Shown here piece by piece: positions 13,435 to 27,285 of a DNA stretch of 49,402 nucleotides. The translations under genes were made by a program, and so were the position numbers. The DNA lies in assembly GCA_018398765.1 (NCBI GenBank), contig JAHBMJ010000364.1:1-49402 (forward strand), written 5' to 3'. The notes under the pieces are model-generated. The model saw only the letters and a list, made by a program, of their open reading frames with translations, did not search any database and had not been told where the DNA came from. The DNA comes from Chromera velia (lineage: Eukaryota). Each line of letters opens with the position of its first letter. The first letter of the stretch is position 1.

Positions 13435-16400
13435 TTAACGAAGAAGGCCCCCAGAAGAATACCCTGCTGGAAGAATGGGGGCCTCCTCAAAAGACTCACT
13501 CCTCCCCTCCATCAACGCACCCTTTCCTCCCCCCTCCATCTCCTCCGCACCCCCCCAACCCCAAACATCCCCTCCTCCCGCAACTCCGCCCTGCAACCCC
13601 CCCCCCATCGGAGAGGGAACCGGTACAGGCGGCTGCATGCTGGGACTCACAGACGCACCGCCTAAAGAAGGAGACGGCCCCGGAACGCCCGCATGGGACG
13701 GAGACAGAGACGCGGCCCCTGCTGCCGAATGCTGCAGGGCCCCTCTAAAGTTTCGGCTAGACAGACTCCCAGGGGTCAACTCAAAGTCCCCCCCCCCTTC
13801 CTGTGCCACACCCCCGTGATAGACAGACTTAGAAAACGAACTTGCCTGAACCCCCCCTCCCCCCGTGTCCCACCTTCCTGATGCCCCTGCAACACTCGAA
13901 GGTTGCCGAAACGCTGCTGCAGGCAGGCTCTTGCTGTTCAAATGATCGCCTCTCACAGGAGGCACTGCATATCTCCCTCCCACCCCATCTCCGAGGCTAA
14001 TGTCTTCCTGTGAAGAGCCCTCTCTCTCATTTACCCCCATGCCACCATGGCTGCTGCCGCCAAATGCCGGGAAGGGGCCGGAGGATCTCGAGGATGCCAC
14101 ATGAGGAGACGCGGCAGGGATCGTGCCGGAAAAGGCCCCCGGACTTCTGGAGGTCCCAGAGACCGGAGAAGCACTAAATCCGCCCCCTGTGCCATAAACA
14201 TTGGCGGCCACAAACGCAGACTCCCTCTGGAGTTTGTCTGCTTCCTCTGCACCCCTCACGACCTCTGACTGAAGTCGCATTGCCGTTTCAAAGTGTCCCT
14301 CTGACCCCCCCAATGCAGACGTCCGTGTTGACGGAGTCGCACCGTTCTTTGGGGTTTTCGAGGAGACCAACAGAGCCCCCACTTCTCTCCCCTCTGCTCT
14401 CGCTCTCTCCATTTCGACCTTCATTCTCATCACCTCCAGAGAGCCCTCATTGGGCACCCAGCGGGTTCCGTCCGTTCCCATTTCACCTGCATGCATGGGC
14501 ACATCGAGACAGAAGAAATGGGGGCGAATTCACAAACTGCAATGACACACAAGTCAGAACATATTTCCGTCTGCCACCTGCACCCACCCCCCCGCAGGCC
14601 AACTCTCCTAGCTCGGCCCCTCGAGGTCTTTCTTCATTGGGTCATAAAGAAAGGATGATACAGTCTCAAAAATCAAAGAAAAAAGAAACAAAAGAAACGC
14701 ACAAACACACAGACGAGGAAAAACCTGAAAAAACATGCCTGCCTCTTCTCCCTTCTCAGCCAAACAGAAAGCAGTTCTGCAAAGAGTGTTTCTTCCTTCA
14801 AATATCCACAAGGTACCTTTCCCTCCCACACGTTCCACCCTCCCACCCACCTACCATGTACGGGGAGCGCCAGACGAAGTGCCCAGTTATTCCCCAGAAT
14901 CTGTTTCAGGTTGGCCCCCCAGGTGCTGGAGGAAAAAAAATCTTTTGAGACAGGCAGCCAGAATTCAGGAACGACCTCAACGAACTCCTTCGAAGGAAAA
15001 AGACGTTCAACCGTAGTCCGACCTGAACGCAGAGAGAAAAAGGAGAAAACGACAACCCAGGATTACTGTGCATGAATGATAAACACAAATACGACGAAAG
15101 CGGGAGAGGGAGATCACCTCAGGTCTCTCCCGCCTCTCCTGGAACTCTAAAACGTCTCTCATACCTCCGCCCCCCCCCCTACTCTTCTCTCGATGAAACA
15201 CAAAGGGAGAAAGAAGTTCGCAGTCCAAGTGACGCCCAGAAGAACCATTATTCCCCCCCCTCTCTCCCTCTTTCCTTCTCCGTGAAGATGGGTCTTGCAC
15301 AAACTTATACACATACACATACACAGAGGTTTCACGTCTCTCCTGTTATGCTTGAAGACGAAAAGCCAGAGAGAGAGACAAAGAATTGACGGGAATTGCG
15401 GCGGCGAAAAGAGAGAGCACGAGCAGGTCGCATTGAAAGACTCTTTGAGCGTGTGAGTACGTGACAAAGATGTTGGTTGGATGGATGCATTGTTTTTTTG
15501 GAGAGAGCACAACGACCGTCGATCAATTCCCGCCCCGCCCCCCCGCCCCCCGTCCTCCCTCGACCCACCGCCCAACGGAAAAAGAACATGCTGAAGCCCC
15601 ACAAGCAACGCAAACGCGGAGACGCCCAACGTTGCCAAGAGCATGACCCCGTGTCGCCACCCCAAAAGAAACAGCACACGCGCCTGGAGACCAGACAACA
15701 GGTACATCATGGGGGACACCCCCAGTGTCAGCATGCCGCCAGAGAGAATGGCAGAGTCCTTCAGGGCTCTGCAAAGAAAAGATGACGCACGCGTGCACAC
15801 ACAGAAGGAAAGAAGGAAGGGGACCCCCATCTATGCGCATGTATGATACGTATACGTTTGACTGTGAATGCATGGGTCCTCCGTTGTAGAGAGAAAAAAG
15901 TGGATGGAGAGAAGAATGAGAGTGCTCTCCGTGACCACGACGTCCGCTTGCAAGCAAAGAAAGGAGACTGCAGAAGAGCGAACACCTTCTATACGCTCCC
16001 TCCTTTCCCCCCCCACGACCCACCCCCGACTGACCCGTGAAGGTGTTTCATCAGTTCACTTTGTGAAGGGTCCGCTTCCCTTTTCAGAAATGGTCTGAAC
16101 GAACACAGAAGTACAAAGGCAGACAACAGGGAAAGTAATGAGATACACAGGAAAGGAGGAGACAAGGCAGACAGAGAAGCACAGCCATTCCATCATCATC
16201 TAAAAGAATGAGACAGAAAATCATGAAATGGGACAAAATAAAGAGGAAAGACAAGACAGCCGATAGGACCCTCTCCTCTACACCCTCATACCAGAGAGCG
16301 TCTCATCTTGTAACAGATGACCGAACATACCCAAACAGAATATCCAAAGCCGCGCATTCACTCAAACAAAGGAAAGAGACGCAGTCGGACAAAAGAAAGA

Positions 16401-16553
16401 AGAAAAAAAAATGTCCTCACGTTTGGGACTCCAGCAACAGGCCTTGTGACCAGAGGTCCCACAGAAGCTGCACACACACGCACACACGCACACACATACA
16501 TATATACACACACACACAAGCACACACACACACACACACATACATGTGTATAT

Positions 16554-16591
<38 letters not shown>

Positions 16592-17391
16592 CACACACAC
16601 CCACACACACACCCACACCCACACCCACACACACACACACACATACATACATACATACACACATACACACACACACATCTTACAGTGTGTATAATTTTGA
16701 CGCGACGATCGGTGTGTCTAAAACTGTTACTTTTGAAGAAACACACCCTTCGTTAGGTGAGTGCCTTATTGGCTGTTCACTCATGGAACAGGACTATGAT
16801 CACCATGCAAAAAGGGAATATTTATGCCAATTTCCGATTTCTTAGGGCCTCCGACTCAGCTGAGCTGCCCTCAGAGGACGCACAATTTTTTCCAAAACTT
16901 ACCATGCGAATGCGCGCGAAAAAAGTTGTGCACACACACTATACGCACACACACATATACACACACATACACACACAAGCATGAGAAAACAACATATACC
17001 ATCAACAGGAGATCAAGACGGACAAACGGAGAACTTGGAAGAAGAGGGAGACCTAGGGGGCAGAAAAGAAAAGATTCAGAGACGCACAGACCAAACTTCA
17101 ATCTATCAGGCATAGAGCCCCTCTCCATCCCCCCCCCCCCCCCNCCCCCCCGTCCGCTTGACTGACTGACCAGAGTCCACCCGGTGAGAGCCCCCACCAA
17201 CGAGTAGAGAAACATGAGGAAGTAGTGCCCATGGTTTTTGAATCCGATTCCGTTGGCAACAAAGGGGCACCAGTGGTCAAACCTCAACACGCACCTACCC
17301 AGGCTTCTGCATCCATGCATCCATCCATGCATCCATCCACATGAGAGGGGACGCACTTGATTCACTCAGGGTCAGCTAATTGATTCACAAT

Positions 17392-17427
<36 letters not shown>

Positions 17428-18757
17428 CCATCACAACACTCACGCCCACTGCAATCCACAGATACACACAGAGGGCCCTATCCTTGCCGGAGAGCAAGAA
17501 GGGATCTGCAAAGGAAGGGCAGAAAGAAAATGCACCTAGACCTCACTCACCTCTTTTTCAGTATGTCACGCACTCACGCACTCACTGACCTAGAGTGATG
17601 GGCCCTCGGGGGTTTCCAGAGTCGGCACGCCTCGCAGTATCGGGGCGAGTAACGAAGGGAATCTGCGGACAGAGAGACGCAAACAGAGGGAGAGAGATCT
17701 GGAGCGCCATGACATTCATTGCCCTACGAGATGTTTCTCTCTCCGGACTCTCACTCTGTTTGTCTCCTTTCCTGCGATGATTTGCGTCCTTTTCCGCATT
17801 TTCTTCAGGCAACAGACCGTCCTTGCTCCGTTTCTTCTGGTTCCCTCTCCGTCTATAGATGCCTCTGCTGCTTTTTACTTCTTCATTTTTTTCTCCTCCA
17901 CATTTTCCTGAAGCATTTTTCTTCTCTCTCTTCTTTCCATTTTCCGTCTCATCCTGACAATCAAAAGTCAGTCAGTTGAACAGATCTCTCTTGTCTTCTT
18001 CTTTAAAGGCGCCTTTTCTTCAAAGAACCCTGACATTTTTCTCATCCTGTTTATTTCTTTACCAGGCTACTAAGAGAAGAGCTACTACTCACTTACCGAC
18101 GCAGTACTCTCCGTTGACCTCCTGGTGTTCCGGCAACACCACTCCGGGATCCCCCATGCAGACCATCCACAGGTTGAAGAGGAAGAGGACCGACTCCCAC
18201 AAACACACAAAAAGAATCACCATGCCCTCCAGACACCCAAAGTCCAACTGCACATTTGCATTTCGGCATCAAAATTGCCGTACGTATAACTCATTTGGGT
18301 GGGGGGCACCCGTATCCATCCGACATAATTCTACCGTCGGACTGTTTGGGAAAGACTCTGTGCCCCAATAGACCCACATGCCTTCCTCTTCGTTCCCCTC
18401 CTCTTCCGTCTGCAAATCGACGCCAGCAACGACCAAACCACAAAAGATGGCAGAGAACAGCGAACAAGCAACACCAAGCAACTGAGAAAGAGAAGAGCTC
18501 AAGAGAACGACCCTCGGGTGGGAGAGGCCAATTGGAGAGAATCACTGCTTTCTTTGTTGCTTCTACTGGCTCTCTCCACATTCACGCTGACTGACCACTT
18601 CTGGAAGGAAGACGAAGAGGACAAACGAAGGATAGAGAACCCCCAAAGTCAGAGTGCCCATCTTCACCCACGAGTTCATCTGGCTGAAGTCCACCACGGC
18701 CTTCCCTGAGGTCTCCAGACCTCTGTCCCCTGTATAGTTCACTCGCGCTTTCCTCAT
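13435..18757 (-). CDS. DHHC-family protein S-acyltransferase with DHWC variant motif. Exons include 18757-18596, 18247-18097, 17662-17590, 17306-17171, ~16468-16421, ~16094-16035, ~15768-15569, ~15022-14855, ~14487-13435
   Basis: Spliced product has TM helices, DPG, 'YCEACRLWKPPRAHHSRSLGRCVLRFDHWCPFVANGIGFKNH', TTVE (TTxE), PaCCT-like 'WGANLKQILGNNWALRLALP' and 'GTDG'. One internal exon near 17000-17050 is uncertain. Confidence 0.92.
16471..16680. repeat. Intronic (CA)n microsatellite
   Basis: Directly visible. Confidence 0.95.
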
Positions 18758-18989
18758 TTCTTGCAGCTCCCCTCTTTGCAAGCTAGTAGACAGACCTGGC
18801 CAGTTTAAGCTATCGAGTCACAGCCAGACTGAATTGAGCGATACACAGAAGCCAGATGACAGCTCTCGAAGGGAAGGCTGCCTTTTCTGCGATCACCGGA
18901 GCAGGGCAGCAAGGAATCGGTCAGACTGTCACGTCTCAAAGCTGCAACCGGACACTGCTGGCAGCTCTGGGCGGATCGAAACGTTCCAT

Positions 18990-19215
18990 TGAATCCACAT
19001 GACAGATGTCCGACGGTCGATCGATCGGAAACAAAATTTTGTCAAGGATTTGTGACAGCAGGAACTGTTCGCGCGCATGCACTGGCGGGGCCGAGCCACC
19101 CGGGGGCCGGCCACCAACCTGCATGCATATGGCACATGCATGCATCGTCGGATGCTGGCATGATCCTGGCACCATGCACAACTCAAATCTGCATGTGGAT
19201 GCATGTGGCAATTTC
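18990..19215. promoter_or_regulatory. Putative bidirectional promoter with clustered (T)GCATGC(A) motifs (ApiAP2-type sites)
   Basis: Several GCATGC/TGCATGCA copies lie between the divergent DHHC and coiled-coil genes. TGCATGCA is an established ApiAP2 binding motif in apicomplexans. Confidence 0.5.
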
Positions 19216-19458
19216 GAAGATGTCAGAGAAACATCGGATCGCGTGGGCTCCGCTTACAAACTTGTTTGTGTGTGAGTGACCGTCCAAATTATCATGAGGG
19301 CTGCCCGGCTGCTTTTCTGCCCTCCATTTTTTTTCTGTCAGGCCGACTCTGACTGAGTGCAAATCTTCAGTTGCCCTCTCGGGAGAGAGACGGTCCCTGT
19401 CTTTCTTTCTGTGTCAAACCTTTCGAAGTGAAGTGCGAGGCCGAACTGGCCTGCGCCC

Positions 19459-22400
19459 ATGTCTGTGCAGCTCTCTCCCCGCTCGAGGGCCACTATAGGC
19501 CCTCCTGCGGGGGGAGCTCAAAACCGTTTAGCCAAACTGATCGAGGCATTGAGGTCGAAGGAGGAGACCATCCTGAGCCTCCAACAACAACACGCGCAGG
19601 AGAGAATGAGAGCCGCAGAGACAGCCATGAGTGACGCTGCACAGAGAGACAAATTCCGTCAGCAGTTGACCGAAGCCACAGCCCATCTAAAGGGTTTGTT
19701 GGAGAAAGAGGAGCTGGAGAAGGACCATTTGATGAAGGAACTGACGGTGGAAAAGGAGCACATTGTGGAGAAGCTTCGGGTCAGTGCGTCAGACTGAAAG
19801 CATCCGAAAGAAGAAATCGCTTCTCTGTTCCACAACGTCTTTCTGTGCATGTGTTGTGTTTTGTCTGGATGCGTTGCAGACTGTCCAGTCGCAGCTGAAC
19901 AAGAGCCAATCAACACAGGAGCAATTAGGGTCAGTCAGTAGAGCCAAATGGAAAGGGGTCACTCAGTTGCCCGACGGGAACAATGAGAGACTTGACAACA
20001 ATGGCAAAAAATCCTGTGCACACGGCTGTCTTTCGTCTCTCCACCTGTGCAAGCGTTCCTGCCCCTCTGTTCCCGAGAAACAGCTTTCCTCCCACCGGCT
20101 CCAGTGGCTTCTTTGCTTCATCGTCGAAACATCAACAGTCTCCCAATTGCCTCGACGACAAATCCGGGGAAAGCGAAAGACCCATGCTTCACTGTAGAGC
20201 ATTCTATTCTATTGTATCTCTACGTGCCTCCCGGATGCATGATGGATCGATCATTGCAGCATTGAGAACCGCACCCTCTCCCAACGTCTCGAGAAGATGG
20301 CCATGGACAACGCGGATCTCAGAAGCCGTCTCTCTCTTGCGACCGCCGCCTGTGCTGACATTCAGGGCTCACTCAAGGTCAGTGAGTGAATGAGAAGGGT
20401 CGGTCAGAAGGAGAGAAATTCATTCTTTTGCCTTGGCAGGGCACGTCTTTTTGCGGTTTCGTGTACAGCCCTCCCTGCAAACAGCCCAAAATGGCATTCC
20501 CATCCATACACATGCGAATTCTGAGATGATCACCTCAGAGGAGTTCTTACTAGCTGACTGAATTATTTCTTCCCTCTGTATGCCCCTGTTTGCCCTCGCC
20601 CTTCCACCCAGGTATCTGACCACGTCCGTCGTGAGATGCTCTCCAAGTTGGATGCGGAGGCCCTGAAGGTGGAGCAACTGAAGGTCTGTCTCTCGATCGT
20701 CCTGTCTCTCTCTCTCTCTTCGTCATTGTGCCTCTTGTATGTGCTGAATGAAAAATGTTTGCCTGGCAGTTTCGTGATTCGGCCCTTGCATTCCCTTCTT
20801 TTCTGTCCTCTCTCTTCCTCTCCGCTCCTCTTCTTTGCTGTCTCTCCTCTTCAATTTGCGCTTCTTCCCTTTTTCTTCACGACTTTTGTTCCTCTTTTTT
20901 CTTCCGCCTCTGCCTTCGCGTCGCTCTTGCCCCATTCCCTTTTCTTTCCATATTTCCAGCCACGTATCCATCCCTCTTTCACTGTACATAAAACAATTAC
21001 AAACAATAGGCGGAGCGCGTCCGATGGATGGAGGAGGAGAGGCAAGCGAGGGAGCAGGCACGGATCTCTCACGAGAGGGCGCAGGAAGAAGCGCAGAGTC
21101 TCCTCAAACAAATCGCAGAGAAAAACAGGGTCCGTAGGTCGCTCGGCGCCTTTGTCTGTCTGTCTGGCTGGCTGGCTGTTGGTTGTGGGAGGATGTCTCG
21201 AAGAGTCAGAAGAGACGGGAGAAAGCATGCAGAAAGACACCTCAAGTACAATTACGGTAGGGAACATGCCGAAGCGATGAAAGTGAGAAAGGAAGAAAAT
21301 GAGTCAACTGAGAGTGTGAAGTTATGCCGTGCTTTGCCGTCTGGCAAATCCATGTCCATTCTGTTCTGTGCTCCCCAAGTTGGCATCTCCGCTTGGCGTC
21401 GTCTGGCATCTCTCTCACGCACTTCCATCACACCTTCACGCAACGGCACTCCGACCCTCTTCTCTTCTGTCCCTCTTCTCTTTCTTTGCTTGTCTTGCAT
21501 CTTTGCAAAAACAAATGCAGTAGGTTGCGAGCACGGTAGCGAAGATTGAGATGACGACAGAATGCCTTCGTTCTTCCCTCCTCTCTCTCCCTCTGCCTTT
21601 CCTGCAGGAGATCCAATCGGCAGAGCAGAGAACGCTGGTCGCACAGGAGAGAAGCTTTCACTTGGAGAAACAAGTAGAACAGATGTCAGTCATTCACTCA
21701 CTCAGTCACCCACCCACCCACCGCATGAAGGGAGAGACGGCGTAATACCAGGCGGTTAAGTGACAGATGTCGCAGTTTCCCGAAGGGCAGAGAAGAATGA
21801 AGGAAGGCTTCAGTTGTGTCTTAACTTAGCTTTTTTCTCGCCTTTCTGTTGTGTGTCTACTTGCTTCTCGCTTGGTTTCTCTCTTTCTGTCCGTGTGTGA
21901 GTTGACTACAGCCAACATGCGTGGGATGGATCGTTGGGGTTCGTTCCTTTTGTCTGCCTGCCTCCATGTCGTCTGTCTGTCGGTCTGTCTGTCTGTGTGT
22001 TCATGAAGAAAAGAAGGGAGAAGAAGAAACACATACTCTGTCTGTGTTTGCCTGCCTGCAGGGACCAAGAGCGACTGGCAGCCAAGCGCCTGGCTGAGCA
22101 GATCCGAGCAGAGAGGGAGGAGACGGTGAAGGATCTATCCAATGAGATCACAGAGAGAAAGGTCCAGGTGAGAGGGGAGGGACTTGACTTTCGAAGGGCC
22201 TGAAGAGAGAGTACGCGAAACGCTTGCAGGAAGGCAAACAGTCTGGGAGAGGAGACAGAAAGTCCAAAAGAAAGAAAGAAAAAAAATAGAGAGAGGACGC
22301 GAGAGACAAACATAAAGTGACGCGTCATTCTCCTTGACTTCCCTCTCTTCCTTTTTCGGTCCTCCTTCTCCTCCGCCTTATTTCTCATCTCTGCAGGGAG

Positions 22401-22551
22401 AGAGGCAAAAGGAGGCCATTCTGGGGTTGGAGAAGCAGGTGGAGCAGCGGCAGAGTGCCGAGCAGCGAACGCGCACGGAGCTCTTCGAAACTCAAAATCG
22501 GCTCGTAGAGGTCACTGCTGAAAGGTCTGTCCACCAGGCTCTTTGTTGGTC

Positions 22552-22587
<36 letters not shown>

Positions 22588-25500
22588 AAACAATGGACTC
22601 TTCTTTTCTTTGTAGGCGATTTCGTGTGTCTCCTCAACGTTTCTCGCCTTCTCTCACGCCTTTGCCCTCTTTCGCAGTGTCTCCCCTTTGTGTGTCTGTT
22701 TGACTGTGTGCGATGTCTGCCTGCCTCCCTTGTTGAATTTGCAGGGACGCTCTCCAGCGTCGACTGGCCCGTCTGGAGGCACGCCTGACAGATGTCGAGA
22801 GGGAGAGGGAGGAGTGGAAGGAGAAGGAGGGAAGCGCAAGGGCTCAGGTGAAGAGGGCAGAGGATCAAAACACAGAGCTCGACAGCCAGCGCCTGATGTC
22901 AGTCCGTTAGGTAGTCAGACAGTCAGGCAGGTAGGAAGGAAGGCACTCACGCAGCCAGCAAGTCAATCAGAGAGTCGAAAGGAGAGGAATGATGGGGGAG
23001 TTTATCGACGGGTCTTTTTATTTATTCTGATCGTTCGTTCAAATCTCCTCATTGAATTTCTGGAAACCAGGAACGGCTGTCTCTCACAGAGCATGCGTGT
23101 TCTTCTAAGACGAAATTAGATGATGCTGCAGTGGACCCTCCACGATTTATTAATTTGAACATTTCATTCAGGCTGGAGCAGAGGCTCCGAGGCACCCGAG
23201 CCGAGCTGGAGGACTCTGGAAGGGAAGCGCTTCGGCAGTCTGCTCGGTTCGACACGGAATTGGAGGGGGCAAGGGCGGACTGGAAGGTTGAAAAGGTCAG
23301 TCAGTCAGTTGGTCGTTGCATGGGTAGTTGGGTGGGTGGTTTATGCTGGATGGACGGGTGGCTACTTGAATTGAATCAATCATGAGATTTTTTTGTCTTT
23401 CTTCTTTCTCTTTTTTGTCCTTGGTTTCCATCCTACCTCCAAGTGTAATCTCGGCTGAGTCGAAGTGCCCCTCCCTCTTTCTGTCCTTTTTGCGGTCCTT
23501 TCGTTTGATTCTTCAATGTGAGTCGATTCGGGAGCTTCTGCATGTTGTGTCATGGTTTCTTTTCTTTCTTTGTACCCCTTTCTGAGGCCGGGGCCCTCCC
23601 TGTTAGTCTGGCCTCCATCTGTCTCTGTTTGTTTATCTGTATCTGCCATTTTTTGCTGGGCTGATTCATCACAGCGTCTTTTGGAGACTTAATTTGAGTG
23701 GAGACTTATTTGTCTTGCAGCTGAAGATGATGGCCGTGTTGACCTCCCTCTCGATCAAACTCGTGCGCAGTCGGAGGGAATCCGCACACACGGCACTCAT
23801 GACGTGAGTCTGAGCGAAGAGATGAAAGAGCGTGGCGTGGCTTCTTGGCTGTTGGCTTTGCCTTCTGATTGCGTGTGTGTCGTGTAACGATGCATGCATT
23901 GATTTTCATACAGAATTCATTGATTTTCAATGCAGGCTTTTGGCTTTGCCTTCTGATTGCGTGTGTGTGGCGTCACGATGCATGCATTGATTTTCATACA
24001 GAATTCATTGATTTTCAATGCAGGCTTTTGGCTTTGCCTTCTGATGGCGTGTGTGTGGTGTCACGATGCATGCATTGATTTTCATACAGAATTCATTGAT
24101 TTTCAATGCAGGCTTTTGGCTTTGTCTTCTGATTGTGTGTGGTTTAACGGACGCTATTTCCTTTTTCCTCGAACCGCTTGTCTTTGCCTGTCTTTCTGCA
24201 TTTGGACCTTTTCGCAAAGATGTCGTAGAGAACTGATGTCCTCAATTTCCACAAGAAGTGACAATCCATGATGGACATACTCTCTGAAGGGGAAAATGAT
24301 GTCCTCTGTCTTTGTGCGTGCAGTTGGCATCTTCACGGAGGTTGCCGACAATTTGTGGATCACCTCACGCTTGCCCAGATGGAGAAAGAAAGAGCCCAGA
24401 CACAACTGGAAGCACTTAGACCCTCTAACCCCGTCAGAGACGCCCAAACGAGTCCTTTGCCGTCTCCAGGCAGGCCCTCACCCCCCCGCTCCCCTCTGTT
24501 GCCTCCCCGTTCCTCCATCGCACAAACCCAACCTCCTCAGCCCTATGCCTTGGCTTTGCGTCAGAGTGCTCTCTCAGCTCTGGGGGGCGGGATGCAGGAG
24601 ACAGGCGTGGGGGGGGAGGGTTCTGAGATTCGAAGATCTCTCTCTGTGCCCCCCATTCAACTGCACGTGAATATTCACTCACCCTCGAGGGGCAATAGGG
24701 ACAGAGAGAGAGAGGAAGAGGAGAGAGCGAGAGTGCGAGCAATGCGTATGAGAGAGGAGGAAGAGGAGCGAAGGAGGGAGAGGGAGGAGGCCGCAAGAGA
24801 CGCGCAGGTACAAGCGTTGCGTGTGCGTGCGTCAACCCCCTCTCATGATGTCGTTGCCTGGGCCCAAGTGGCCCCCGGAGAGGGCCCACTGCAGGAGGGC
24901 CCCGGCCAAGTCCAACAGCAGCCCCGTCAGACTCAGCACATTCACATCCGTTCACCAGGTCGCCCCCGAGACACACACGCAGATCAAGGGGCAGGTGGAG
25001 GTGCACACTCCCACCCTCCGAACTTGACCCTCCCCCCCGAGGCCGAACGTCAACAGCAGCAGCTGAGAGGGGCACCCAACTCGCCAGGCAGGGTCGCCGT
25101 GGGAGGTCCGGAAGAAGTCCGGGCGGTGGTGACCGTCTCGCCGTCTCGTCAGAGGCAGAGAGACGAACTCTCTCACAGAGCCCGCACACCTCCCCCCCCC
25201 TATGAGAGAGAAAGAGAAAGAGAGCGGGGAGGGACCACAGGGGAAGATCGAAGTCCGTCTGTCCATGTTGGTCTGACGGTCAGAGACAGCCGTGCAGTGG
25301 AAGCCGAGAGGGGTGCCAGGCACCAGCTGATTCCCCTCGAGAGTGTGGGCACTCAGACAACAGGCATTCGACTGTGTGAGCAATCTGCTCTCGAGGCTTG
25401 TGAGCAGGATGTCGAACGTCTAGAAGCTCTATCAGATGCCCATAGCAAGCTCGCACGAGTTCTCCAGGAGAGAATTCGCAGACTTGAGGGTGTTTCTTCC

Positions 25501-27252
25501 TTGAAGAATAATTTAATTGGGGGTCTTCGTTGGCGTTTGGAAGAAGCACACCGAGAGGAGAAGCTGAGAAGGACCGAAATTCGAAACCGACTCCGAGGAG
25601 CAGGGACGTCGGTGGACGACGACGAGATCCACCCTGCCGATTCGGATCTGGCAACAGGGGCGAAGGGGGCTTCCCATGCATCGGTGGGGGGGAGGGCGGA
25701 TGAGCGTCCCGATGTACGTCGGGCCCGCGAGACACTTCAGTGGCTCTGCGTAGAATTCCGCCATCGCATATGTCTATTTCTCCGGGAAGCCTGCGAAAAG
25801 GAGGGGGTGAATGTGGCGGTGAGTCCAAAAGGTGGCCTCCTGAAATCTAGTTGGTCGTTCGTCCTTTTCTTTTTTTGTTGTCTCTCTCTCTTCAGATGTT
25901 TTTCCGACTCTGCTTCTATACCGGTCTTGTGTAGAGCATTCATCGTTCTCCTTTCTGTACACACGAAGAGCCAGTCCCTATTTTTCAGTCACCGGCGTTT
26001 ATGCTTTCTGTCTGGTTCCTTTCTCTTTTTTCCCCTTTCGCTCACTGTGCAGCCTCGAAACCCCTCATGTCTTCTTTTTAAGTCAGGTCGACTGAATGGA
26101 TCAATCAATTCATTTCTAGGGAGGGCATCCACTTGACCTCTGCGTTGCCTCCTCGCACACGCACCCTACAGTTGGCCCCCCCGCAGAGAGACAGTTTTTC
26201 CACATGAACACATATTGATTGCGTCTGCGAAAGATTTAAATGATCACCTGATCCTTGCAGCCGGGTGCTGGTCAAGGCAGTAGGCCCCCTGCCGCCGAAG
26301 GGTTAACAGAGTTTTTGCGGATCACGAGGGGACATGCGGGTCGTCTCCTCCATGCGGTCCTGTTCCTCTACCAGAAGCTTCGGCTGATGGTGGGGGAGAT
26401 CTCGCCGTTCGTTTTGCCCTCACACCAGTCGCTTGCTGTCAGGGGTGGGGGTGGGCAGAGAGGCGGAGGGGGGGGGGACCTGGGTGACGCGTCTGCTGAG
26501 CTCGGCCCTCTCCTGACAGGGCTTCACCTCTGGGGTGTTCGTTATTTGCCGTTTTACCTTCGGCCCCGAAAGGCCCGTTTGGTCGAGGAAACCCTCGCTA
26601 GATACAGAACGCGTGTGACCACCGAACTAGCACACGAAGCCCACAGACTGGCTGAGAGTCGGAATGAAGAGAAGGAGGAGAGGCAGGGCGGAGGAGCAGG
26701 GGGTGGGAGGAGAGGAGGGGCGGGTCGGGACGGCAGTAGACGTAGAGATAGAGACGGCGGTGGGCCTGCGAGTGCAAGGGGCGTGAGAAATCAAGCAGCT
26801 GCCCGGGCAGTGCGTTTGGGATTTCAGCAGCAACAGCAGCAGCAGAGGGCCGGCCGAAGTCTCAGCAGAGAGAGAGACCCCGCCCCCCTCAGCCCCGAAC
26901 GGCAGCCGCGTGCATTGTCCCCTTCCCAACTGACCTTTGACGTACAGGTCCCGCCAGTTCCCTTCCAATTCCGCACTTCTGCAGATGGGGGGAGGGTTGG
27001 GGGGGGGTCTGTGTGGAGTCATTTGAAGGGAGGGGAGAGGACTAGGATGAGCGAGCAGGACAGAGAGGAGCTCGAGGCCTGGATGAGCTATGCGATGGAC
27101 GCTCTGAACGTGAAGCTTCCTCTGGATGCACGAGAGGTGCCGGGATTCATTCCGGAAGTTCTCAGGGCACGTTCGCTCGCAGGTCTGTGTGTCTCTTTCT
27201 CTCTCTGTCTGTCTCTGTCTCTCTTTCTCTGTGTTGGTATGGGCGCGCACGC

Positions 27253-27285
<33 letters not shown>

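Noticed and set aside
23852..24140. CRISPR-like appearance of the 88-bp array (and the 56-bp array at 49145)
   Set aside because: Head-to-tail repeats with no unique spacers, no cas genes, and a eukaryotic intronic context.
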